Source: Octopus bimaculoides
Lineage: Eukaryota
NCBI RefSeq assembly: GCF_001194135.2
Contig: NC_068982.1
Location: 54,103,292 to 54,167,291, forward strand
Direction of reading: 5' to 3'
Length of the DNA stretch: 64,000 bases
Shown piece by piece: positions 1 to 11,969 of the stretch. Within the stretch, counting starts at the first letter, position 1; every line of letters starts with the position of its first letter. The notes beneath the pieces were generated by a model, which had not been told where the DNA came from, searched no databases, and was given only the letters and a program-made list of their open reading frames with translations. Made by a program: the position numbers and the translations under genes.

Positions 1-59
1 TATATATATATGCATGTGTATATCTGTATACGTATAAACACATGCAGTTGTGGACCTCA

Positions 60-790
60 ACTAGGTTGTGAGAGTATCGATAATTTTGTAGATGTAAATT
101 ATCTTCTGACTCTGAAGAGAGGGACTAGCTGTTGGAATGCGATCCTAGTAGTGTCTAAGGATATGTTTTTAAGGACATACCTTTGCCTGAAGAAATCTCA
201 GTGAAAGTGAGTCCCAACAATTTGAGCGATTTTGACGGTTTTAACTATTTCCCATGACTAGGGTAGTGAGATACGATAATGTGTTCTTGATATCGATGCT
301 TTCTGTATTTTCTTGCTATTGAAAGGGACAAAATAAGCAGAGCCTCATGGGAGAATATTTACGAGGTCACTGTTTTTGGAGTCAAGTGTGTGCTTAGTGC
401 CTGAGGTCAATGTTGCGAGTGAATAATACATGGTTAGGCAATATTAGGGAAGAATGCAGTGCCATCTGTGAAAGAGTGAGCGTTTTCGATGAGCCGGCAA
501 GTAAGATGTTGATAAATAGTAAGATTGATGATAAAATGAAGAAAATGAGTTGGGAACACAGTGAACTTGAAATAATGAGGAAGAGAATGAGATCCATCAA
601 CACACACTGCAATAATGCGATCTGATAGGAAACCTCCGATCTAAGAAATGAAAAACGTGTGGTGCCCATGGGCAGGAAGTTTCAATTTCAATAGGAGATT
701 CGCTTGCCAGACACGCTCGAAAGCTTCGGTGATGTCGAAAGCAACAACATTGCTTTCACTAAATTCTTCCTAAGAATTCACTCGTGAGTG
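60..790 (-). mobile_element. Decayed LINE reverse transcriptase fragment (CR1/L2/Jockey-group)
   Basis: The minus-strand translation near 700-780 reads ESNVVAFDITEAFERVWQANLL, matching the RT motif LDISKAFDRVWH. ORF 394..669 contains LSSILLFINILL...LHSS, resembling the LSPTLFLLFINDLL...DDSTLH region. Frameshifted. Confidence 0.6.
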
Positions 791-1028
791 TCAAAAGAAA
801 GAAATTTTATTTGGCTCTGTTTGTGTGACTAAATAATAGATATTAGAAACTTCGGTAATTTCTTGCGGTAAGTGTCACACGTTTTGTTCAACTTTGCAGA
901 AACGTGATTAATTGTGCCTGAAAGAGAGCTTCTCGAATAAAAAGCCTCTGCTGCTGGTGTTGTCATTGTCCAACCTATCAAACGCTGTTACAGTTGTAAC
1001 TGTACTCCTGTTATTATATAAACACCTC

Positions 1029-1235
1029 AAGGCGGCGAGCTTGCAGAATCATTAGCACGCCGGACAAAATAATTAGCAGTATTTCGTCCATCTGAAAGGT
1101 CTAAATTCAAATTCTGCTGAGGTCAACTTTACCTTGCATCCTTTCGGGGTCGATAAATTAAGTACCAGTGAAACACTGGAGTCGATGTGATCAACTAGTC
1201 CCCTCCCCTCAAATTTCAGGTCTTTAGCAGAAAGA
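1029..1235 (+). mobile_element. tRNA-derived SINE, family A, flanked by a 16-bp direct repeat
   Basis: Head GGCGGCGAGCTTGCAGAATC, a B-box-like TCAAATTC, and body GTCAACTTTACCTTGCATCCTTTCGGGGTCGATAA. ATTATATAAACACCTC occurs at both 1013-1028 and 1236-1251. Confidence 0.85.
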
Positions 1236-1251
1236 ATTATATAAACACCTC

Positions 1252-1457
1252 AAGGTGGCGAGCAGGCAGAACTGTTAGCGCACCGGGCAAAATGCTTAGC
1301 GGCATTTCGTCCGCCTTTACTTTCTGAGTTCAAATTCCGCGGGAGTCGACTTTGCTTTTCATCGTTTTGCGGGGTCTATAAAAAAAGTGAAGTCGATTTA
1401 GACGACTCAGTACCTCCCCCAAACCTGCTGGCCTTATGCCAAAATTTGAAACTATTA
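1252..1457 (+). mobile_element. SINE family A (second tandem copy)
   Basis: GGTGGCGAGCAGGCAGAACTGTTAGC...TTCTGAGTTCAAATTCCGCGGGAGTCGACTTTGC, ending in the tail CCAAAATTTGAAAC. Confidence 0.85.
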
Positions 1458-1512
1458 TATACACACCATAGACTGGTAGAGAGGTGTAGAGTCGAATGAA
1501 TCTGCTGGAACA

Positions 1513-1791
1513 GGTACAACAATGGTTCCCCAAATATTCCGGATTACTGATTTTTGCGAACAGGAGGTGGTCACACTCTAAATTAAACTAACATTAAGTT
1601 TAAATAATTAAATGAAATATGGATGCCTGAATATTAGTATAAATGATACAAGTTTATTAATATTGTACTTGTGCAAGATACAAGTAAACCGGTTTGGCGG
1701 CCGTGGGAATTTGAAGTTCCTTCTCGTAAATTATTGCATATTATAAGAAGTTCCGCACTCTCAGTATCCGGAAATTTTGTGCTGTACCTGT
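1513..1791. mobile_element. Possible degenerate Tc1/pogo-type MITE
   Basis: Imperfect inverted ends: CAGGTACA...AAATATTCCGGATTACTG on the left and CAGTATCCGGAAATTT...TGTACCTG(TA) on the right. A TA flank is present on the right only. Confidence 0.35.
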
Positions 1792-3685
1792 ATATTCTCG
1801 ACTGGAATTAAATTATAAATATTAAATAATATAAAATATAAACAAAAATAACACTATAAGAAGTTCATTTTAATAGTCTACTTAATTTCTCAGACTAACG
1901 TTTTTTGTTGTTTTTTTTTTGTCCCCTAAACTAACTATTTCATCATATTGACTTATTTTATCTGTGATCGTTGTATACTTCAGGTTATTTCTGTCAGAAA
2001 AAATCGAAGCTATTCTAGCCGTGAACATACCATCCTCTTATTTTCAGAAATAAGTCATATAGGATTACGGTATTCAATATGTTATTATATTAAGACCGTA
2101 GTGTGAGATTTGTGGAAAGATTTGGTGACTATTTTATAGCAGAGTGAACAATTCCATAAGCGGTTCTATCGCTGGTTCGTTTCAACCCGCCCATGGTGTT
2201 TTGCCGAGGTATGGTAGCAGTAGTTTTCTATTATACCGGTGAAAATATTTCTGAAAGAATGTTTGAAAATATTATTCCTGAAATAATTTACATATGTAAA
2301 ATCAGAAACGTGTGTTACCCTGTCGCTCACCTCTAGGTGCACATTTGCTACAACGGAAACAGCTGTAAGTCAATGAGTGTAATTATGTAAATTATTTCTG
2401 AAAGAAAGTTTGAAAATATATATCCTGAAATAAATTTACAAAACTAAAATTATATAAGTTTACATAAATAAAATTACAAACCCATGTCCTATTTTCACTA
2501 CCTCTGAGTGCACAGTTAATGAAAGCGGAAATGGCTGTAAGGCAATGAGGGTGATGATGTAACTCCTCTTCTTTTGTCATTTATGTATCATACTATTATT
2601 ACGCTCTGTACTTATCTTCCGGTTTATATAGAAGTTGAGAGATGAGTGAATTCACGCTACCTCGCCGCCGGAGCGTAGAAATATTATAAATATTTATAAA
2701 TATATTACTCTTTTATTATCTCATACGTTCCAGCCCTAAGGCTGTGGCCATGCTCGGGCACCGCCAGTATACAAATATACTTTTAATATATTTCGAACAT
2801 ACATATATATANNNNNNNNNNNNNNNNNNNNNNNNNNNNNNNNNNNNNNNNNNNNNNNNNNNNNNNNNNNNNNNNNNNNNNNNNNNNNNNNNNNNNNNNN
2901 NNNNNNNNNNNNNNNNNNNNNNNNNNNNNNNNNNNNNNNNNNNNNNNNNNNNNNNNNNNNNNNNNNNNNNNNNNNNNNNNNNNNNNNNNNNNNNNNNNNN
3001 NNNNNNNNNNNNNNNNNNNNNNNNNNNNNNNNNNNNNNNNNNNNNNNNNNNNNNNNNNNNNNNNNNNNNNNNNNNNNNNNNNNNNNNNNNNNNNNNNNNN
3101 NNNNNNNNNNNNNNNNNNNNNNNNNNNNNNNNNNNNNNNNNNNNNNNNNNNNNNNNNNNNNNNNNNNNNNNNNNNNNNNNNNNNNNNNNNNNNNNNNNNN
3201 NNNNNNNNNNNNNNNNNNNNNNNNNNNNNNNNNNNNNNNNNNNNNNNNNNNNNNNNNNNNNNNNNNNNNNNNNNNNNNNNNNNNNNNNNNNNNNNNNNNN
3301 NNNNNNNNNNNNNNNNNNNNNNNNNNNNNNNNNNNNNNNNNNNNNNNNNNNNNNNNNNNNNNNNNNNNNNNNNNNNNNNNNNNNNNNNNNNNNNNNNNNN
3401 NNNNNNNNNNNNNNNNNNNNNNNNNNNNNNNNNNNNNNNNNNNNNNNNNNNNNNNNNNNNNNNNNNNNNNNNNNNNNNNNNNNNNNNNNNNNNNNNNNNN
3501 NNNNNNNNNNNNNNNNNNNNNNNNNNNNNNNNNNNNNNNNNNNNNNNNNNNNNNNNNNNNNNNNNNNNNNNNNNNNNNNNNNNNNNNNNNNNNNNNNNNN
3601 NNNNNNNNNNNNNNNNNNNNNNNNNNNNNNNNNNNNNNNNNNNNNNNNNNNNNNNNNNNNNNNNNNNNNNNNNNNNNNNNNNNNN

Positions 3686-4420
3686 NGATTAGTGAAAGGA
3701 AAGCGTGGACCAAGCAGAAGAATCAGGAAAATGAAACAGTTGAGGAAGGAAAAGACTAACCTAAGAAAGCGATGGAAAGGAAGTACAGAAGATGAAAAAC
3801 CTGGTTTTGCGTTGTACGGCGATTTGAAAAGGAAATGCCGTTTTGTGCAACGACATATACGCCGATATGAGCGACGAAAGGAAAGTAAAAGGACTTGGGG
3901 ACAGTTTCTGAAGGACCCGTACGGGTTTACTAAGAAGCTGTTCACTGAACCGAAGAGTGGTATTTTATCGTGTACGAAAGAAGAATTGGGCGCTCATATC
4001 AAAGAAACCTACAGTGATCCGCACCGTAACCAGCCACTGCCACTTCTACATGGGCTAAAACATCTTAGAACCTGATATCGAATTTCTAATTGGGGAAATC
4101 AGGGAGAAAGTGGTGAATGATTTCGTCAGGAAAGCTAGAGCAAAGAGTGCCCCGGGAGGTGATGGTGTCTCATATAAAGTTTATAAATAGTGCAATCGTC
4201 TGTGAAAGAAGCTTTGTCCTACTCCGACAGCTGTGGCGCGAAGAGACTCTAGTAGAGGATTGGTGTAAGGCAGCAGGCATATACCTGCCGAAGGAGGCCA
4301 ATGCAGAGACTATAAACCAGTGTAGTCCGATATCCTGATTGAATGTGGAAGGTAAGATCTTTATGGGAATTCTTTCGAGGAGAACAGTGACACATTTACA
4401 GAGTAATAGATACGTTGACT
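3686..4420 (+). mobile_element. HERO-like (RLE-clade) non-LTR retrotransposon, pre-RT and RT N-terminal fragment
   Basis: FLKDPYGFTKKLFTEPKSGILSCTKEELGAHIKETYSDP, followed across frameshifts by ARAKSAPGGDGV and GIYLPKEANAETINQCSPIS, typical early RT motifs. The clade assignment is from recalled similarity. Confidence 0.7.
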
Positions 4421-4459
4421 GATTTTTGACTGATTAAATAAAAACTTCTAGTGACAGTT

Positions 4460-4965
4460 AGGAACGAGGGTGTATTGAGAGCAGAGAAAAAAAGGAAAAC
4501 AAAGGAAGAAGTACAAAAAGGACATGAAGAAGAATTACGCAAGAAGGGACTACACAATCAGTTCCGTGTAGCCACAACAGAAGTTGCTGGTAAAAAAGTT
4601 GAGATTGGTTGATGAAAGGAACCCCCCCCCCCAAAAAAAAAGAGACCGAATGCACTATACCGGCACCGCAAGACCAAGCTTTGGCCATGAACTGGTGGGG
4701 GCGGGTGGGGGTGGGGGTCAACCTTAGGAATGAGCAAGTGTCTCCGATGTGCTGCATCTGCAATAGAGTGGATGAAACAATTACTCATATCACGAACGAA
4801 TGCCTTAGACTTGCTCAAAAACATTACAAGTTGTGGCGATACGACCAGGTAGCGAAAGTGATGAATTGGAAACTGTGCGAAAAATGGGGGCTGGAGAAAA
4901 GCAAAACGTGGTATGAGCACAAACCGCAGAGGGTGACTGGGTCGGAGACTAGCAAAATCCTCTGG
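4460..4965 (+). mobile_element. R4/Dong-clade LINE, CCHC zinc-knuckle region preceding the RLE
   Basis: KETECTIPAPQDQAL...CCICNRVDETITHITNEC...YDQVAKVMNWKLC...WYEHKPQRV...KILW matches the R4 pattern KETE..AAQDQAL..CRLC..ET..H...C..RHD.VA..HW..KILWD. Confidence 0.85.
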
Positions 4966-4970
4966 TTTTA

Positions 4971-5020
4971 CCGCTAAGCATTTTAGCCAGCGTGCTAACG
5001 ATTCTACCACCTCACCGACT
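4971..5020 (-). mobile_element. SINE family A head fragment
   Basis: Reverse complement of the family A head (GCTAAGCATTTT...TGCTAACGATTCT). Confidence 0.6.
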
Positions 5021-5039
5021 TAATAATGATAGTGACATT

Positions 5040-5064
5040 AAATATTATTATTATTATTATTATT

Positions 5065-5129
<65 letters not shown>

Positions 5130-5130
5130 G
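5040..5130. repeat. Compound (ATT)n/(ATC)n microsatellite
   Basis: Seen directly. Confidence 0.95.
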
Positions 5131-5599
5131 ACTAGTGCACGAACGTTGAAGCGATCGTTAGTGGTAGAAGTGTATTAAGTATTTTTAAAAATATCTCGTC
5201 GACATACAAAGTAACCAATTATAAACAACGTACCTTTCTATTTACATGCGATAAATAAAACCATTTGCCATACATTCCATATGCACTAATATGGATAGTA
5301 GCTGTATGTATTCGCCAAAGATTAGTGCTGAAAAGTTTACACGCGCGCGCACATATGCATATAAACACACGCATCATATGTGTCAAGTTGTAATAAAAGC
5401 AATTGAACATTATACTGAAGAATTACTCAATACGTTTTGTGGAGTACGTTTATTATACTTTTAGAAGAGGGGTGATAGTGCCTTCGATGCTTGGGCCGTC
5501 GTCGGTCTGCTAGCCCGGTGATGGATATCAATAAATCTTTTTCTCGAGCCTATTATAGGCTTATTAGGCCAGCGCTTACCCCTGTATCTGAGAGCTTAA

Positions 5600-5800
5600 G
5601 CGTGGTTTCCGTTCGGTGTTCATCACAAAGTTAAACACTGCAGCCCCTGGTATTCACTTGCAGCTAAGTGGACAAGAGCAACGGGAAATTAAATGCCCTT
5701 CCGAAGATCATAATGCGCTGCCTGGCCCAGGAATGGAGCCCATGACCTAAATACCGTGAACTCAACACTATAACCATTAGGTTACATACCTTCACGAATC
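5600..5800 (-). mobile_element. Old tRNA-headed SINE relic (CORE/Meta-like)
   Basis: GGTATTCACTTGCAGCTAAGTGGAC...CCAGGAATGGAGCCCATGACC is the reverse of a tRNA B-box head followed by a conserved SINE body. Confidence 0.45.
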
Positions 5801-5805
5801 ATAAA

Positions 5806-6010
5806 TTGATTTCAAACTTTGGTACAATTTCGGAGGAGGGGTAAGTTGATCACATCGACCCCAGTATTCAACTGGTACTTATTTTATCGACCCGAAAGTG
5901 ATGAAAGGCAAAGTCGACCTCGGCAGAATTTGAAATCAGAACGTGAAGACGGACGAAATGTCACTAAGCATGTTGCTCGACGTGCTAACGATTTTACCAG
6001 CACGCCGCTT
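5806..6010 (-). mobile_element. SINE family A
   Basis: ACTGGTACTTATTTTATCGACCCGAAAGTGATGAAAGGCAAAGTCGACCTCGGCAGAATTTGAA, reverse of the family A body. Confidence 0.85.
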
Positions 6011-6504
6011 TTAATAAATTTGCTAATTGAAAATCATTAGTTGTGTAAGCATAGATAATTGACAATTGATTTGTGATTAATCAGTCAGATTTTATGCTTT
6101 TGCAATGGGCCCACAACTATAAAAAAAAACCACTATCAGTGAAGAGACTTTTAGTTACGAATAATGGTATGGCTCAATTAGTCAGCAATCAATTTTTGGC
6201 AGAAAACCGAGTAGAATGACTGCAACAATGTATGTAGATAACTGGTCCTGCTTTACCAAACTGAAGAATTAAATTAAAATTAAAAAAATTGAAATGCGAG
6301 TTATTTTAACATAGAAATAAAAGTACAAAATAATATCCTTGAAAACATTTATGTAGTCCGGTGCTGCGTTCATCGCAGCTGGTGATGATAACTATAGCGT
6401 GATATTTCTTCAGTGTGTCAGAAACTGTTGGTGGTACTGAAATATGCTATTAATAAACCAGTGAAAAGTAATATTGCATCTGTATGGCGTCGTAATCAAT
6501 TGCG

Positions 6505-6536
<32 letters not shown>

Positions 6537-6558
6537 TGTATGTATGTATGTATGCATG

Positions 6559-6592
<34 letters not shown>

Positions 6593-6690
6593 TCTATGTC
6601 AAATCACTTTTGAGGTCTTTCTTGAGTGCTACTGGTAACATGGAATCCAGTACAACCTGTTGCATGGTCTGGTCATCGGCAACTAAATTG

Positions 6691-6729
<39 letters not shown>

Positions 6730-7374
6730 NNNNNNNNNNNNNNNNNNNNNNNNNNNNNNNNNNNNNNNNNNNNNNNNNNNNNNNNNNNNNNNNNNNNNNN
6801 NNNNNNNNNNNNNNNNNNNNNNNNNNNNNNNNNNNNNNNNNNGGCTGTAAAACCTTGCTCTGTGTAAGCATTCGAGTTGTTTGGGCACACTTACGTTAAA
6901 AACAATTTAGAATGACTTTTTTTCAATTTTTGAATGACGCTAAAAATAACTGACCAACAAAAAAAAAAGCAACCAAGATTACACCAAATCAAAAAATAAA
7001 CCCAAATACTAAGGGAACAAAGATGAACTATCCCACTTCCATTGCGCGCACACACGCACGCGCACACACACACACACACACACACAGACACACATTCAGA
7101 TACCCCCCTTTTACATACACACACATATATTCACACAGAGTTGAAACGCTGTTTGATTTATTTTTTCAGCGTACAATTTTCATCATCCCACTACCAAGTA
7201 TGACATCACGCCTTCCTTCCTTTTTCATCTACCACCACTTCCTTTCTCATTCATAAGTACAAGAGTATTAATATAGTACATTATCTCGGTAACCATGAGA
7301 GCTATGAAAAAAAATATGACATTACCCTTCCTTCCTTATTCATCTGTCAGTCCTTCCTTTGTCATTCACAAACA

Positions 7375-7851
7375 CAAGAGGCTGGTCGCCATTTTTCCAG
7401 TGACAACGACGTCATAGACGTTGTATGAAGTTTCTTGGAGTCCCAAACAAAAGAGTTCTTCTACGCCGGGATAATGGCGCTTCAGCACCGCTGGAGAAAG
7501 TGTTCAGCCATCAAGGTGGACTATGTTGAAAAATAAATCTTCAGAAGTCTTGTACCATGTTTCGTTCTTTTGAGGCCCAGCGTTTGACTGTTGCATATAA
7601 AGGAGCATTGTCTGTTAAGGTTCTCACCATATCTTCATGGATTTATGATGGAGACATGCCTTTCAAATGAAGGTACTTTATGGCAGCACGATACACAGTT
7701 TTCTCCATTTTCCTTGTAAATTCGAAGCTTGTTTATTCAAAAATCTCCACCAAAGAAAAATTAAGATATCAGAATCATGAAAATGAGCAAGAATACTCCG
7801 AAAAGACTGTACTTACCAGAAAAAAATTGTTTCAACTATATAGCAGCCCCA
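7375..7851 (+). mobile_element. Mariner 3-prime end relic with right TIR
   Basis: Translation GRHFSSDNDVIDVV*SFLESQTKEFFYAGIMALQHRWRKCSAIKVDYVEK*. A TIR-like AAAACTTTTCAGACGCCCCTCG followed by TA ends at about 7851. Confidence 0.8.
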
Positions 7852-7914
7852 ATTCTAGGTTAGGCTCAAAACTTTTCAGACGCCCCTCGTATATACATAC
7901 ATACATACATAGAC

Positions 7915-8035
7915 ACGATGGACTTCCACAGAGCTTCCGTAAACCAAATTCACTCGCGACGCATTGGTCAACTCGGGGTTATAGTAGAAGACACTTACAC
8001 AAGGCAACGTGTAGTGGAGCTAAACCATCGGGTTC
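7915..8035 (-). mobile_element. SINE family B, 5-prime half (degenerate)
   Basis: TATAGTAGAAGACACTT..CAAGG and CCAAATTCACTC match the family B 5-prime half. Confidence 0.65.
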
Positions 8036-8734
8036 CTTGCAGTTTGTTTTAAAAAGTAGAATTTCTAAATCCATCATCAACATTCTAAAACCTTTGTAGT
8101 CACTTGTACAGAATCACAGCATGTCACTTCGTGTTGCTTCTTCTCACAGCATATGAGACCAATGCAGTTGCTAGAGACATTACCGCAGGAATTTTAATTT
8201 TGGACACTAAATTTATTAATCAACGGTCGAATGTTCATATATTTAATTTTATTTGAGACAGGTGTATTTTGTCTATGTGTATATCTCAGCGCGCTTCTTT
8301 GTAAGTATTGCCTTCCGCGATATTCGTTTGTTTTTGTGGGAATTCTATAGACTAAATACGTTTTGCTCTATAATGCTTTAGCTTGATGTTTTTTCTCTAT
8401 TGTGCGTTTCTATTGTAAAGGCATACAGAAGTGGGGCGTCCTAGTCGTACTTATATTAACCATTATTATAGTTAGTCACGAAGTATATAACTTTCACTTT
8501 TAATCTACTTTACAAAACACAATTGTTAATCGTGTCTTTCGCGTGTTTGCATGCCTGTGGTCTGTTGTTGATAACATAGCTTTACAATTTTAGTGTTTTG
8601 GTTAGTACTTTGGAACGATAAAATCTGAGGTGTGACCGCAATAAAATATGAGGAGTACTTCTCACAAAGTGACTAATATTGCATGTTACTTTAAAAAAAA
8701 ATTGGTGTACCTTAACATTTCATATATATTTTAA

Positions 8735-8935
8735 ACTGATTCTTGTTTTCAGTCATTGGATTGCGGTCATGCTGGAGCACTGTGTTGAAGGTTTTAGTCG
8801 AGCAAATCAACTCCAGTACTTATGTATTTTAAAGTCTGCTAGTTATTCTATCGGTCTTTATGCCGAAGTGGTAAGTTGCGAGGACGTAAACAACCTTATA
8901 TCAGTTGCTAAGTGTCGGGAGACACACATAAACAC
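8735..8935 (-). mobile_element. SINE family B, 3-prime half
   Basis: TTCAGTCATTGGATTGCGGTCATGCTGGAGCAC...TAAGTTGCGAGGACGTAAAC. Confidence 0.75.
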
Positions 8936-8993
8936 AAACACTCTGATTCACACACACACACACATACACTCGCACGCACTCACGCACGCACAC

Positions 8994-9036
<43 letters not shown>

Positions 9037-9680
9037 NNNNNNNNNNNNNNNNNNNNNNNNNNNNNNNNNNNNNNNNNNNNNNNNNNNNNNNNNNNNNNNN
9101 NNNNNNNNNNNNNNNNNNNNNNNNNNNNNNNNNNNNNNNNNNNNNNNNNNNNNNNNNNNNNNNNNNNNNNNNNNNNNNNNNNNNNNNNNNNNNNNNNNNN
9201 NNNNNNNNNNNNNNNNNNNNNNNNNNNNNNNNNNNNNNNNNNNNNNNNNNNNNNNNNNNNNNNNNNNNNNNNNNNNNNNNNNNNNNNNNNNNNNNNNNNN
9301 NNNNNNNNNNNNNNNNNNNNNNNNNNNNNNNNNNNNNNNNNNNNNNNNNNNNNNNNNNNNNNNNNNNNNNNNNNNNNNNNNNNNNNNNNNNNNNNNNNNN
9401 NNNNNNNNNNNNNNNNNNNNNNNNNNNNNNNNNNNNNNNNNNNNNNNNNNNNNNNNNNNNNNNNNNNNNNNNNNNNNNNNNNNNNNNNNNNNNNNNNNNN
9501 NNNNNNNNNNNNNNNNNNNNNNNNNNNNNNNNNNNNNNNNNNNNNNNNNNNNNNNNNNNNNNNNNNNNNNNNNNNNNNNNNNNNNNNNNNNNNNNNNNNN
9601 NNNNNNNNNNNNNNNNNNNNNNNNNNNNNNNNNNNNNNNNNNNNNNNNNNNNNNNNNNNNNNNNNNNNNNNNNNNNNNNT

Positions 9681-10886
9681 GAAATTTAATCATCAACGTA
9701 CTTTCCCTGATTATCTCTGACTTCCTTCCATCTATTTACAAGCTTTTTAATCCCATCAATGTAAAACTCTTTTGATTTCAAAGCGAAGAACTCTGAAATG
9801 TCAGTTTCGACCTCCTCCTGGCTTGCGAAAATTATGCCCTCCAAATGATTCTGTAAACTACGAAACAAATGGTAGTCTGAAGGAGCAAGGTCGGGAGAAT
9901 AAGGTGGATGAGGAATTTTTTTCCAACCAAGCTCTTCGATCTTTTATGATGTGATCTTTGCAGTGTGGGGTCGCGCATTGTCCTGATGAAACATCACTCC
10001 TTTTCGATTCACTAAAGCGGTTTTTTTTCTTCAAAGCTTGGTTCAAACACTCTAATTGCTGACGGTAGACTTGAGTATTGATTGTTGCATTAGGTAGTAA
10101 CAATCCAAAGTGAATTACTTCTTTGCAATTCCACCAGATAGAAGAGAAGAACCTTTTTCCCCATGAAGTTCCCTTCTCGGTTGTAGTTGAGCTTTTTCCC
10201 TTTTACCAAGCCACTGTTTACGACGTTTAACATTTCGATAGAAGATCCAATTTTTGTCACCAGTCACAAATCTATCTAAAAAGGGTGAAATGCGTTCGCG
10301 AGAATGTAGAGAAGAGCAAATGTCAACTCGGGATTTGCGGTTGCTTTCGGACAATTCATGAGGCACCCATTTAGAAAACTTTCCAAGTTGTTAAAGATGA
10401 TGATGAATAGTTGTATGGTTTGAAGTAAGCTTTATTGCCAATTCTTCAACTGATAATGCAGGATTTTCTTCAAGTAATGCCTCAAGGATCTTATCATCAG
10501 AATTAAATGGACGTCCTGTTCGATCTTCATCTTCAAGGCTAAAATCTCCACTTATGAATTTTGCAAACCATCTTCTGCAACTTCTTTCCTTCAAGCATTC
10601 TTTCCAATAAACTGAGTGTATGTTTTGAGTTGCTTCGGCTGCAGAGTTTCCTTTTTTGTATTCATAAAGCATTATGTACCTCAAATGCTCTTTGGATACT
10701 TCCATGTTAGAAAGGGTTTTAATCAAAGAAATTTTAATTCTATTATTCTGTAAAATAATATTTAATTAGTTTAAATGTACACAAATGCATAAAAATAATT
10801 TTTAATTCCATTAGACATTCTAAAATATTATTAAATTTCAGTTTTAAAAAAAGGTAAAATCAGATAGAACTTATGGGATGACCTGA
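9681..10886 (-). mobile_element. Near-complete mariner (DD34D) transposon with frameshifted transposase; 3-prime end lost in a gap
   Basis: Four consecutive minus ORFs: the HTH region (EHLRYIMLYEYKKGNSAAEA...WFAKFISGDFSLEDEDRTGRP), VTGDKNW, the YSPDLAPSD region and FRSLQNHL...KKLVNRWKEVRDNQGKY. A terminal TIR (plus strand TTATGGGATGACCTGA, then TA) ends at 10886. Confidence 0.93.
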
Positions 10887-11398
10887 TAGTGTCTGCTTTC
10901 CTCCTAACCGAAGTCAAATACCAGTCAGGTAGGAAACAGTTGATCTAGCTGCAGATTCACATCATTATCACCTCTAAAAGAAGAATTGTGACTCACTTAA
11001 TTTTTTAAGTTCTGTATATTTTAGTTCATTCCTTCCATGTGGCCACTCCACACAATCCTTGATATCCCCACTAGAAACATTAGACTTCTTTTGGAAACAT
11101 CGTGCCGCACATTATTCCCTTACTCTTTCATATTTTAACAGTCTCCTTTCATGTGCCACCCACACCATATGCGGTGTCTACTAATAAAGAGGGCGATAAT
11201 TACGCCGAATACCGTGTCTTGTAGCCCATTTTGACCCTTGTAGCAAGTGTGCTATTAGCATATTTCGTCTCTTAGTAAAAAATTTTCTTCAATACCACAG
11301 TCTAGAGCGAAGTGCCATATTCACGTTCGAGTAAGCAGAAACGTGATAGGAATGACTATATACATCAATTTACGCGCGCGCACATCTTTGCTTGTTTG

Positions 11399-11485
<87 letters not shown>

Positions 11486-11969
11486 TGTGTGGTGTGTGTG
11501 TGTGGTGTGTGTGTGTGTGTGTTTGTGTGTGTGTAAACATATATGGATATATGTATATGCTTTTTTCTAATATTTTATGCGTTGCATAAACATATGTATA
11601 TGTACACATTCATATAGACATCTATCCATCCATCCACCCATCCATCCATGTATACATACATCCATACATGCACGCATATATACATCCATCCATGCATACA
11701 CACATACATATCACAGCCCACTCCCCCCACATCATCCTCTTTAAAAAACTGTTCCTCTGCATACACCTTGCTTAAATTTTGCATGGGAAGTGACCACTTT
11801 GTAAAAAGAGATACCCGTCTTAAACTTTATCTATTTGCTTCATCGAAGTCCCATGTGACGTTACTTATTTCATATGGTTTTAAAAAGAACTTTATGTTCC
11901 CCTTAAACCATAGTTCGCTTTGTGTCTGGATACTTTACATATAAAAGCTTATTATTGTGTCATCATCTT

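Noticed and set aside
5128-5170. ACTAG followed by a weak inverted repeat (possible reversed Helitron end)
   Set aside because: The hairpin is too weak and not GC-rich.
6600-6695. Short peptide-like frame VADDQTMQQVVLDSMLPVALKKDLK between microsatellites
   Set aside because: Too short, no recognisable family, and weak splice signals.
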